A program made the position numbers and the translations under genes. DNA of 64,000 bases from contig NC_079240.1 of assembly GCF_027921745.1 (NCBI RefSeq), positions 310,001-374,000 on the forward strand. Direction: 5' to 3'. A model generated the notes under the pieces. That model saw only the letters and a program-made list of their open reading frames with translations, did not search any database and had not been told where the DNA came from. This document shows, one piece after another, positions 35,291 through 45,431 of the stretch; position 1 is the stretch's first letter; every line of letters starts with the position of its first letter. Source of the stretch: Schizosaccharomyces osmophilus. Taxonomy: Eukaryota.

Positions 35291-37132
35291 TCAGGACTGT
35301 ACAAGCTTGTGAATGTCTGACATAAGATCCCACCCATAAGTCACGATACCCTCTACAAGCTGCTCGTCTGGTATGGTTCCAAAACGGCCTTGAATAATTT
35401 CACCATCAGAACCATACTTAATTTTGTACCGATGTTTCGTGTCTAACTGGATCTTAACTTCTTTCTCATTTGAGGTAATGACTCGTCCTGACTTTTCAGA
35501 AATCTCAGGCGTGTAGGTATTGACATTTAAGTCCATGATGGTAAATCGTAGTAAACTACCCGGAGGAAATTCAACGTCTAACTCTGCATTTTTTAGTACA
35601 GGTATCGCATTGTAGCGGTGTTCAACTTTAATTATATCTGAACTAAGAAGAGAGCTTTGTCCCTCACTCAAATCTTTGCTTTCATCCGATGGATACGGTC
35701 TATCAGCTAAATATAAATCACCTGGCATAGATTCCACATCTTGACCGTATTTCTTCATCAACCTGGATTTTTTTCGTCGGAGATTTCTTGATTTAGTAGC
35801 AGAGCTACCGGAACCCGGTGGCTGAACCGAAGTTGAATTATCCGGATCTTCATCAAATTCGTGAAACGAACGATTATTGGAAGTGTCATTTTTATCATGG
35901 GCAGACCGAAAATCAGAAGTGCCAACGTCGACTGAATCGGTTTCAAAATCACCGAAACGTTTATACACAATGTCACTTTCTTGCTCCAAACTGGATTGTC
36001 TTTTATTTTTGGGAGAGGACTTAAGGAAATCTGTAGTGTCGAAAAGTGTCGTTCGGTCGCCATCTATTGTACTCCCAGAATAAAGGGTATCCGGGTTCGT
36101 TGAATGCAAGGCAGAGGAATCACGAAAATAAGACATTTCGTTTGCTGTATTTAGAGAGTGAGAAAACCCAGAAGTATTGCTCTTGGACACGTCATTTGAT
36201 TGTTTAACATAATGATCCAATTGTTGAGAATTGGAAGACTCACTGTCGCTGGCTGAAGAGTCTGAGTCTGAAGCGGTATCGTCAGAGGAAGAACTGCTGC
36301 TTTCTGAACTTTCCTCTTCTGACGAAGTGGCAGCGGTGGATACGGAAGCAGCATCAGAAGATACAGATACAGAAACAGCAGAGGAGGATTCACCCGATGA
36401 ATCATCGGATTCCGAAGATTCGCTTGAAGAAGGTTTTGCTGACTTCTGGCTTTCTACGGGGTTTTGTTGGTTCTTCATTGCCAAAGGTTGAAAATTGACT
36501 TTTTCCTTCATGGGATTGATAGTAATGTCGCTTTCCATAAAATGATCCAACTTACTTTTCTTTGAGGTGTACGTATCATTCCTTGCCGTTGGAGCAGCCG
36601 CATCACGCTTTTTTGTAGTAAGGTCACTATGGTTCGGAGTTGCGTACGGTAAAGAGGAACTAACTAATAAGTTGGCTTGTTTAGGAGCTTGAGTATTTTG
36701 GGTATGCGCTTTGTTTCCTCTTCCCTGTATGGCTTTGCTCCATTCTCGAAGAGCAGTTTCCAGGGAAGCAGATGAACTTAATCGTAAAGCCATAACTTCG
36801 CAGCTTCGCAACAACGCTTCTTCTCTAGGAAGGACGCGCAATTCCAATATATCTGAATCACTCAAAAATAAATGATATGACATAGAAATTGGTAAAGAAA
36901 AATCATCCTTCACAAGTTGTAGAAACAATTCATTTCCTAATGCATATTTGGCTTGGTTTCCTGGTCCTACAAGGATCGATCGTCCATCCTTACAATCACC
37001 AAAATTAAATAACAGTATACTATACAACAAGTCGGCGATGGAACTCGTTTTGTCAGACAAATTTAATTCAGCAGTGTGAATCCACTGCTGCATAGGTATT
37101 AAAGGGTCACAGCTTCGAATCCTTAAGAGCAT
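35291..37132 (-). CDS. mug174: Coilin-like protein Mug174
   Basis: The first ATG is at 37132 (the ORF track starts at a TTG). The protein has an N-terminal ubiquitin-like-looking domain, a long Ser/acidic region, TKSRNLRRKK, and a C-terminal Tudor-like segment (MDLNVNTYTPEIS). It lies between mcm3 and cdc31, as I recall for S. pombe. Confidence 0.8.
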   Translation of the reverse strand: MLLRIRSCDPLIPMQQWIHTAELNLSDKTSSIADLLYSILLFNFGDCKDGRSILVGPGNQAKYALGNELFLQLVKDDFSLPISMSYHLFLSDSDILELRVLPREEALLRSCEVMALRLSSSASLETALREWSKAIQGRGNKAHTQNTQAPKQANLLVSSSLPYATPNHSDLTTKKRDAAAPTARNDTYTSKKSKLDHFMESDITINPMKEKVNFQPLAMKNQQNPVESQKSAKPSSSESSESDDSSGESSSAVSVSVSSDAASVSTAATSSEEESSESSSSSSDDTASDSDSSASDSESSNSQQLDHYVKQSNDVSKSNTSGFSHSLNTANEMSYFRDSSALHSTNPDTLYSGSTIDGDRTTLFDTTDFLKSSPKNKRQSSLEQESDIVYKRFGDFETDSVDVGTSDFRSAHDKNDTSNNRSFHEFDEDPDNSTSVQPPGSGSSATKSRNLRRKKSRLMKKYGQDVESMPGDLYLADRPYPSDESKDLSEGQSSLLSSDIIKVEHRYNAIPVLKNAELDVEFPPGSLLRFTIMDLNVNTYTPEISEKSGRVITSNEKEVKIQLDTKHRYKIKYGSDGEIIQGRFGTIPDEQLVEGIVTYGWDLMSDIHKLVQS

Positions 37133-37436
37133 TGTCAATTCTTCAAATTTGTGTGTCTCGTATTAAGCCACAAATATTCCCAGAAGCATCAATTATATTC
37201 TATTTTTAAAAATAAAAATTTACCTAAGGCTTGCGTTTTACCCAAATATTTCTCGACTTTTGTCACATAGAGGAAGAAAGTATACAATGTTTACTGTTGG
37301 AGTATTTACTTTCAAATATACGCAAATAGTGCAGAATTATGGACTGCGCTATTAACTTTATTGAACTCGGGTGCCGTCGGTATTTTGTAAATAGTCGTGA
37401 ACACACAGACAATAAACCTGCCATTTTCTAATTCCA

Positions 37437-38030
37437 ATGTTTGCAAACGCGCGAGCGAAAAGACGTCCCAGAGCCACTTCTCCTACGCCTGCAAGGCTAA
37501 CTAGCTATGCTCCGGCTCGAGTAGAGATCACAGAGGAACAGCGACAAGATATCCATGAGGCTTTTAAACTATTTGACTCTGACAAAGACAATGCAATTGA
37601 TTATCATGAATTGCGGGCTGCTATGCGTGCCTTAGGGTTTAATGCAGAAAAGTCAGAAGTTCTGAAAATTCTACGCGACTTTGACAAAACTGGAAAGGGA
37701 TACCTTCAAATGGAGGATTTTGTTCGCGTCAGTAAGTTACCTATATAGTACCCAAAAGTGCTTTATCTAATGAATTTTGGCTAATATAATTCAGTGACCG
37801 AAAAAATTGTTGAAAGAGATCCTCTGGAAGAGATTAAACGAGCTTTTGAGCTGTTTGATGATGATGAAACTGGTAAAATAAGCATACGGAATCTTCGTCG
37901 CGTAGCTAAAGAGTTGAATGAAAACATTGATGATCAAGAATTGGAAGCTATGATTGAAGAGTTTGATCTTGATCAAGATGGTGAAATCAATGAGCAGGAA
38001 TTTATAAGCATAATGATGGATGAGGCTTGA
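37437..38030 (+). CDS. cdc31: Centrin, 2 exons (176 aa)
   Basis: Exon 1 is 37437-37731, intron 37732-37794 (GTAAGT..CTAAT..CAG) and exon 2 37795-38030. It has four EF-hand-like motifs and [18 protein letters not shown]. Confidence 0.96.
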
Positions 38031-38195
38031 TGCATACACGAGCGTTCATATGGCTGGTATCATTTCTCCCGAATTCTCTATACAATTCATGGCTATAGCA
38101 AAATTTTTGTGTCTTCTATCTTCTCTCGTTTTTAACTTTTTATGCTGGTATATAGTCTCTTTATTTATAGGTAACATAATTTAGTAATTGGTTTA

Positions 38196-39917
38196 TTATC
38201 TTTTTCCAAGTAAGCTTCGGAAAAAACCCTTTGTCTTGCTCTTGGATGAAGGATCCTGTTCCTCAACTTCTGGTTTGGCTTTTCCAAATTCTGTTTGTTG
38301 GCCTAAGTATGTAATGGCTAAATCAAAGAAAAGTGGTTTAGCAGGAATGGGTCGTAAATTCAATTGAGTTAAGTTCAAGGGTTCCTCCGACTCCACAGTT
38401 GCATACTGATTCATAGACTCGACCAGCGATAAGTCCTTCGGTTTTTGATTAATCATTTCCATAGAAGCCAAGCTTCGCAAAAGTAAAATTCGTTTCTTCA
38501 AATCTTCAGGCTTTGTTTGCAATTCCGCAACAATATCAAAAGCTATTTCCAGAGGGTTTTCCTCAAAATTATGAAGGCAATCATTTGCTTCCTCATAATA
38601 ATTACCTGCACGGATACACATAGCAAGTCCTTTGGCTTTGTCTCGTGATTGATAGGCTTCGGCAATGACCTGGCATCGCCTAGCTTTAGCTATATTGATC
38701 TGAGCTTCCAGCTGTACCATCATGCCGCTATCTTTTGCGATACCCGGTAAATTCTTGGCAGCTTCAATATTCTAAATAATTGTTAGACAGATTGTACAAG
38801 ACGAAAAAAAACAACATACCTTGATGATTGTATCATACAAGCTTTGATGAGCTCTTAAATTTGCCAGCAAATTCGTAACGATTGGCTGTTCCTGGGTATG
38901 AATGTCCCGCTGAATTCTGAGCACGATAAGGTTATATGCAAGATAACTATAGCAAATTGAAAGCTCCTGATATTCATTACTTTCGGGGGAAATACCATCC
39001 AAAATACTTTTTGTTGTCTTTTCAGCATTGGCCCAAGCACCAAGCAAACGATCATTTACACTTGTAGAGCTTTCCATGCTTGCCTGAACATCATGAATAC
39101 CGTACAAAGCCAATACTATTTCGGGATGTGTAATCTGAACGGTTTGATTACGCCAGGTGATTTGAGTGATGGAGGAAGTACCGGCTTGATCTTCAGCATT
39201 CGATTCTAACATCTGAGGGTTCAAAACTCGAATTTGTTGAACAACTAAATCCTCTTTTGAAACATTTGCAAGCATAAGAACGTCTAATGATTCTGTCTGG
39301 TTTTCTAAGCCGCTTCGCTGGGCGACATAGCGTATGGTAGAGTCGATTTGTCCAACTAATTCATTGAAGACTCCTCGTTGATGGTCTGACAACTCTTTCA
39401 GAGACCGTTGCAATTGCTGAAATGCTAAGCGAGAAGAACTGAATGAGCGCAAAGAATCTTCCCATGATCGCTTCTCGTAATAAAATGTACCTTCAATGTA
39501 TTTCATGAAAGCTGCAGCCTCTAAAATAAAAAGATGATTACTATGATCTTTTACCTCGCAAAAAGAAACCAATTCCTTGGAGGCTTGCAACCCCCGTTTC
39601 AGTCTTCGAAGAGCATGTTGACGTTGAGAAGATCGCAAGTATGCATATTGTTGGAATGCGCGATCAGCATTTAACAGTTGGACTTCTGCGAATCTTAATC
39701 ATATTAGCTACTTTATTCAAACTTATACCTCTCTTAATTTTCAATACCTCTTGTCAGCCGATGTCTTTGGCTTTCCACCTTTCTGAGTAATGTTTAAAGC
39801 TTTCCTCAGGGAATGAATGCGCTGTGATAAGTATCTGATATACTCAGTCCCTTCATAAAAATGATCAGAGCGAGCCTCCAGAAGCAAAGGCAATAGATAA
39901 AACCCTGCTTTTTCCAT
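38196..39917 (-). CDS. srp68: Signal recognition particle subunit Srp68, 3 exons (~539 aa)
   Basis: Exons are 39917-39748, 39693-38820 and 38771-38196; introns are 39747-39694 and 38819-38772. Signature motifs are PIPAKPLFFDLA and the C-terminal KGFF. Confidence 0.9.
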
Positions 39918-40827
39918 ATTTTGAAGAATTTGGCTCTGCACACGCGATCCTTCCGACTAAGCACTGCTTCGTGCATACATTACATCGCTAATTTTTCGAA
40001 AACAAATTTAAGCACACTTCTTATGGTGCCTTGTTTAGTTTATAGTGCGGTTTTCCATTAGGTTTTAAACCCGCTTTACGTAGTGTAGAACTACTTTCTC
40101 ACATACTTAACGAAATGGTACTTTTGCGTTAATAAACAATTACTCGAGAATCTTAAAATCGCATTTTGACTATTGTCTATTCATTGAAAGGATGTGTTCC
40201 ATTTGGGTGCACTTTATTAGAGTTGATGATAATAGTTGATTGACACAGAAGAAATGTCCTTCATTAACACAGTTTGGTGCTTGACATGCATGGCTTTCAA
40301 CTTGTAAGCGCTCGTGAACACAGTAAACTGTCGCATGTGGATTGCACATTGAACAGAAGTACAATTTTCCTATTCTCCTACAGTATTGGGAACAACTAAG
40401 ACAGAGTTAAGTTACAAACGAGTTTTACAGAATTCAACTTTAACGCTTCCATGTAAAACGACTTTTCAACATATGGCAGCAAGTTACCAACATTTTAAAT
40501 ACTTATAAAAACACGATAATAGCAATGGAAGGCTTAACCATGAATTATTTCGCATACTTTCGGTATTCTGCGTTAGTAAACAATAACAAGACCAAAAACA
40601 ACAGTAGAGGTAGTTGCTACAACGAATACAATAGTGTAAAATCAAAGAAAGGAATAATATTATCGTTTTCGGAGACCTTAGACAAGGTGTTTCATAAATG
40701 CTTACTGCTTGGACTTTGCTTGTCGCTTACCAACTACCACTTCATAAAACAAGAAGAATTGTCAGCAAGTCGATTCATTTCAAAATAACAGAAAAACTGG
40801 CTATTTGGATGAAAGACGCAATATGGA

Positions 40828-43053
40828 ATGAATGTTGGTAGGAAAAGTGATTTGTTTCCTTTCGAAACTTGTACCAGATTACCGCTCCCTTCATTAGAGC
40901 CAACTCTTTTGCGAGAGCTAGGGGTTTTAAATGAAAATGAAAGCGCCAAACGAAAATATTATGACTTATCAGCAGGCTTAGAAGAGTTTTCCTCAGCGAA
41001 GGATAATACATTGCTCGGAAAAGACGTTTTTTTAAGTGTTTCCACTACCTCTGGTTTAATTGATTACAAGGACGAAACGGTGAATGAAGATGTAGCTGGA
41101 AGCCATTTTTTAGAATCCGTTGCCGATAGGAAGCGCATAAAGTCTCAGAGTCCGGATTTGGATTCTGCCTCCTATAATCAAAACGCGCTCATCGACTCGA
41201 ACGTTTTAGGTTGCTATTCAAATTGGGAGGGGACAAATTTTCTTTCGAAAGAAGCAAAGACTCCATTCTTTTCAGAGTGTCCTCCTTTCATCTACGACGC
41301 GTTTCTACATGAAGACGGCTCTCCCGATGTTCCTGTTCAACAAATTTCGTCTCAACAAGTCTATATATCATTATGTGCTTTGGTACAAGGGTTCGAAACC
41401 TTTTTATTCTTTTGGGACAACGAGGATGCGACGTTCTGTGTTTCTAATCTCGTTTCCATGTCTGGAACGTCTCAGCTTTCCTTTACCAGTTTTACCACAA
41501 AGTTCGTTTCGTTTGGTACTTTAATACGCAACTCTATTAAGAAAATCAAAAATCCCGTATCAATTGGACAGTTTTACTTGTTCAACTTTTGCGCAAATGG
41601 TATTACTCAGTATCGGAATGAGTTACAGGCTTGGTTATATGATACCCACTCACCAACGTGTGGGCCTTTATCCCTTCTGACTTATATCCGAAGATTTGAT
41701 CCTTTGTTTCATATGCTCGAATATGTTTTGCATATTCCACCTGCTCGTCAAGATACTATATCTATAATGAACGCTCTTTATGATTATACGAATATGTGCC
41801 AAAACACTAAAAATTATCCAATAGCTTTGGAATGCTTTGCTTATTGTTCTGACCCCTTTTTCCTAAAATTAAATGCGGCATTGGACTTTACGGTTACCAA
41901 TAAGCGTATACAAAATTTTGTACATACATTTCCTAACTTTTTTCCTTCTGAGCTTACCCTGCTTCTAGCTGAATTCTTGGATTCTTTCACTATAATTCAA
42001 GATTATCCTGTATTTTTTGAAGCATTGCGACCAAAGTTAGCTACTTCTCTCAAAGTTGGTTTCTCCCTTAGTGAGAACTTTCTATATCCCCGACCAAAGG
42101 CAGCATCCTTAGATTTATCAGACGATGAGTATTCAAAGGAGAAACGAAACGTCAATGAAGAAGAAAACTTTGAAGTTCTGCTTGAAAAGATGAATATGAC
42201 TCCAAACATCGATGATGAGGTCCCCGATTTACACTTTGTAGAAGGGCCAGAGGGAACGTTACCATTAAGTCTAGTTATGCAATTGTGTATATACAATCCG
42301 ATTCAGGACTATATTCTGGTACTTATGCGAGCCCTGTATCAATCTTTGTTTACGCAATGTTTTGCTTCTCAGGTATTATCGCTTTTACAAAATATATGCT
42401 GCTTCCAAAGCCCGGCATTTGTTGACGAAATAATGTGTTTTATTCGAGATGATTTCTTTGGATTAGATGATCCGTATTCCTTGGAGCATGCATTCGTAGC
42501 GTTTGCATCTTCTTCGAAACAATGCACGTTTCATGAAGTAGAGCGCCTTGGTTTGAATGAATTTGCAAGTTCTAATATACATATGCTCTTACACTACCAC
42601 GAAGGAGAAATCCGACCCAAGACGTTTGGAGCATTAGGTCTAAAGTGCAAGATTTCCGGTCCATTACAGATGTTATTTCCAAAAGAAATATTAGATCTGT
42701 ATTCTAAAATTTTTTCCATGGTATCACTTTTTTTTGAGCATAAAGCGTCTATAGAATACGAATTCCAGCAAAGTCGACGGCTTTGGGAGAAAAAGGTCAG
42801 AATCGAAAAATGGCTTTTTTACCAAAACATGAAGAGCAAAATATTTGATCTAATACATGTTGTTATTCCAGAAGCCATTTCTTCCTTTACTGATTCTTTC
42901 CTATCGCTTTCCTCGTTTTCATCAGACAGGCCGATCAGCTTATTTTCATCTGAAATAAATGAGAAGCATAAACAAAGTTTGATGTTATTAATGCAAGAAA
43001 TAGAAGCCAATAATCCCTTCCTAGACGAAGGAAAGGAAACGATGGCTGAATAA
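40828..43053 (+). CDS. alp16: Gamma-tubulin complex subunit Alp16 (GCP6-like); start codon uncertain
   Basis: 741-aa ORF. Segments KSDLFPFETC, NVLGCYSNWEG, TPFFSECPPFIYDAFL and CIYNPIQDY match my recollection of S. pombe Alp16. Confidence 0.8.
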   Translation: MNVGRKSDLFPFETCTRLPLPSLEPTLLRELGVLNENESAKRKYYDLSAGLEEFSSAKDNTLLGKDVFLSVSTTSGLIDYKDETVNEDVAGSHFLESVADRKRIKSQSPDLDSASYNQNALIDSNVLGCYSNWEGTNFLSKEAKTPFFSECPPFIYDAFLHEDGSPDVPVQQISSQQVYISLCALVQGFETFLFFWDNEDATFCVSNLVSMSGTSQLSFTSFTTKFVSFGTLIRNSIKKIKNPVSIGQFYLFNFCANGITQYRNELQAWLYDTHSPTCGPLSLLTYIRRFDPLFHMLEYVLHIPPARQDTISIMNALYDYTNMCQNTKNYPIALECFAYCSDPFFLKLNAALDFTVTNKRIQNFVHTFPNFFPSELTLLLAEFLDSFTIIQDYPVFFEALRPKLATSLKVGFSLSENFLYPRPKAASLDLSDDEYSKEKRNVNEEENFEVLLEKMNMTPNIDDEVPDLHFVEGPEGTLPLSLVMQLCIYNPIQDYILVLMRALYQSLFTQCFASQVLSLLQNICCFQSPAFVDEIMCFIRDDFFGLDDPYSLEHAFVAFASSSKQCTFHEVERLGLNEFASSNIHMLLHYHEGEIRPKTFGALGLKCKISGPLQMLFPKEILDLYSKIFSMVSLFFEHKASIEYEFQQSRRLWEKKVRIEKWLFYQNMKSKIFDLIHVVIPEAISSFTDSFLSLSSFSSDRPISLFSSEINEKHKQSLMLLMQEIEANNPFLDEGKETMAE

Positions 43054-43525
43054 CAAGGCAATTTGTATGCTACACTTACACATACATTTACACTTCAACA
43101 TTAGATAGATATTTTATAATATTTTACATTTATAATGGAGAAGTATAAAAACAGCTAGTAACTGTAAAAATATTGTAGATGCATAATAAAGAAACATTGA
43201 AATGTAAATATATAGATCACAGGCTTGTTGAAACGAGTTTTCTCGGAAAAGTAAATAAAGCTTCTTTTTGCTTGGATATTAAAAATAAATTGTACTACAG
43301 AAGGAGTTAAGTATGCCCAAAAAGAAAAGAAAAATAACAAAAGAAAAAGACAAAATCAATTTTAGAGATGAAACCGGTCACTGATTATAACAACGTGAAA
43401 AGGCTAGCAAACCCAAAACAGAATATTGCGGAAAGGGAAAACATATGCGAAGGAGGGATGGAGAGATTAAAAAAGTAGGGTATCAATTACCAGAAATAGA
43501 ATAGAATAAAATAAAATAGGAATGT

Positions 43526-44320
43526 TTACCAGATGAAAGCGTCATTGCGGTAACGGTAGAGAGAGGTCTTGTTTAGGTTGATAAAGGAAGAAGAAGAATT
43601 GCTTGCATTTAATTTGGGAAGGGCGCGGCTATTGTTTGTATAGACGCAAATACCTTGATTTTCGTAACCAATGTTTTGGCAAGTAGCACCGCCATAAGCA
43701 GTGCGCAAAGCGTTGTTGCAATTGACTGGGTATTGGGTACCGTTGAAGCAAGTATTGACAAGATGGGGATACTCTTCGTTGCAGTAAGTCTTATTACAAG
43801 CCCATTGATCAAGAGAATCACGAGCGAAAAGAAGAGGCTTTTCAACGACATTGGAGTAGCTTAAAGAGAGCTTGGGTAAGGCGCTCTTCTTGGAACTCTT
43901 GCTAGGGGAAGAAGATTTGGTGTCAAAATTGGAAGAATTGCTAGTTCCAGAAGAGTTAGAGGCACCGATTTGACACAGACCGCGAGTAAGACCATAATAA
44001 GGTTCCGTGGCGATGCAAGAGGCACCCTGGTCGCTGGGATACCCAAGGACGGTGGGGCAGTTCAAAAGAACAGTACTGTGGTTGGCACAGATGGCAATGA
44101 CTTGAGGAGACACACAAAGGTTGGAACCAGAGACATGGCAATAGGTGCCTTCAGAAATGTTGTAGTAAGGAGTGTTTGCGATCTTGCTATTCATGTCGGG
44201 ATATAGGGCAGAGCGTTTTTTGAGACCATCGTTGCTGATCTCTGAAGCAGTACATGCTTGGAACAAAACCAATGCCAAAAAGATGGCAGAAAGAGGGTTT
44301 ATGAGAGAGAAGGATGTCAT
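43526..44320 (-). CDS. Secreted Cys-rich preproprotein with two 6-Cys modules (SPCC306.11-like), 264 aa
   Basis: The first plausible ATG is at 44320 (AAAATG). It has a signal peptide (MTSFSLINPLSAIFLALVLFQACTA), a KKR site, two Cys modules, many N-x-S/T sequons and biased codon use. Confidence 0.85.
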   Translation of the reverse strand: MTSFSLINPLSAIFLALVLFQACTASEISNDGLKKRSALYPDMNSKIANTPYYNISEGTYCHVSGSNLCVSPQVIAICANHSTVLLNCPTVLGYPSDQGASCIATEPYYGLTRGLCQIGASNSSGTSNSSNFDTKSSSPSKSSKKSALPKLSLSYSNVVEKPLLFARDSLDQWACNKTYCNEEYPHLVNTCFNGTQYPVNCNNALRTAYGGATCQNIGYENQGICVYTNNSRALPKLNASNSSSSFINLNKTSLYRYRNDAFIW

Positions 44321-44411
44321 TTTAAAAAAAAAATCAAAATAGATAATAGATGATCGAAAATCGTAAATCGAGAGTTGAAACTTTTTACAACAATGGATGG
44401 AAAAAAAATGA

Positions 44412-44770
44412 GTAAACAAGTATTTTTTTAATGAATCAAAGGCTTTTCAAAGGATCAATGCGAATAGAAGGATCAATGGGTATAGAAAGACGATGAAAGT
44501 TTTTACAAGTCCTCTTTCTTTCTTTTTAAACCTTATAGATTGTACAAAGATGGATGAATGAGTTTGTAAGACGTAGGCAAAACGTCGCAGCTGAGTGCTT
44601 ATATAGTCATAGATAGGCAAGATTGTTTACATATTTCGTAAGAAAGATCTACGTGGCGACCGAGCCGTTTAGACCACTCAATACTCGTAGCGGACTTTAT
44701 AGTTCACCCAGCAACGCATATGACGTCAAATGTAAATAAATAAACAAGAAGTCATGCGTCGATGTAAACA
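44412..44770. promoter_or_regulatory. Cluster of forkhead sites plus a palindromic CRE in the promoter of the secreted protein gene
   Basis: GTAAACA at 44412 and 44764, TGTTTAC at 44624, GTAAATA at 44732, ATGACGTCA at 44720-44728, and minus-strand TATATAA near 44600. Confidence 0.55.
44450..44485. repeat. Tandem 18-nt duplication in the leader of the secreted protein gene
   Basis: AAGGATCAATGCGAATAG followed by AAGGATCAATGGGTATAG (2 mismatches). Confidence 0.7.
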
Positions 44771-45431
44771 AGCCACCCTGTGTTTGAACCCTGTTGAACA
44801 AGCAGCAAAACAAGACATTTTCGATGGAAAGTGCAGAAAAGAAGGAAAAAATGATTCTAAAGGATGTAATGTAGTTGTGTAAGTAGTTTTGTTGTCGAAG
44901 GTGTCTCTGTGTACTCGTTTGTTTGGTTGATTATCAGTACGAAGATTAGATCACCTATTGGAGGAGCGCTCATACTAAAAGATGTAGCCTTTTGCCATCC
45001 AGTGTTTGCCTTTGCCTTGGGAGACTCATGACAGGCAGCAAAGAAAATGAGAATAGAATTTAATTAAATTAAATTAATATTGAAATAAAAAAATAAAAAA
45101 GAGGAAAATGAAAAAATTCCTTTTTGATTTGGCTGGCAATGGAAATATCCTATGTCCTATGTACTAGAAGAAAAGCATCGAGTTGAACAAGTAATGAGTT
45201 GAAAATATAGCAGTACAAAAAACAAACTATTTTCTTCTTTTTTTTTCATTTTTTTTTCGAAATTTCTTTTATTCCCATCATTAGAAAAGAAAAACGCTTT
45301 TCTAAAAAAAACTCGGATTGTTTACATACGAACTACAGGGTACAGCATATCCTGTTACCTAAAGTTGTCTACATGACGCTGGCCATGGTGAACGCACACG
45401 TACCTTCTGCCAACGCATCTTTTCTAGAGAG

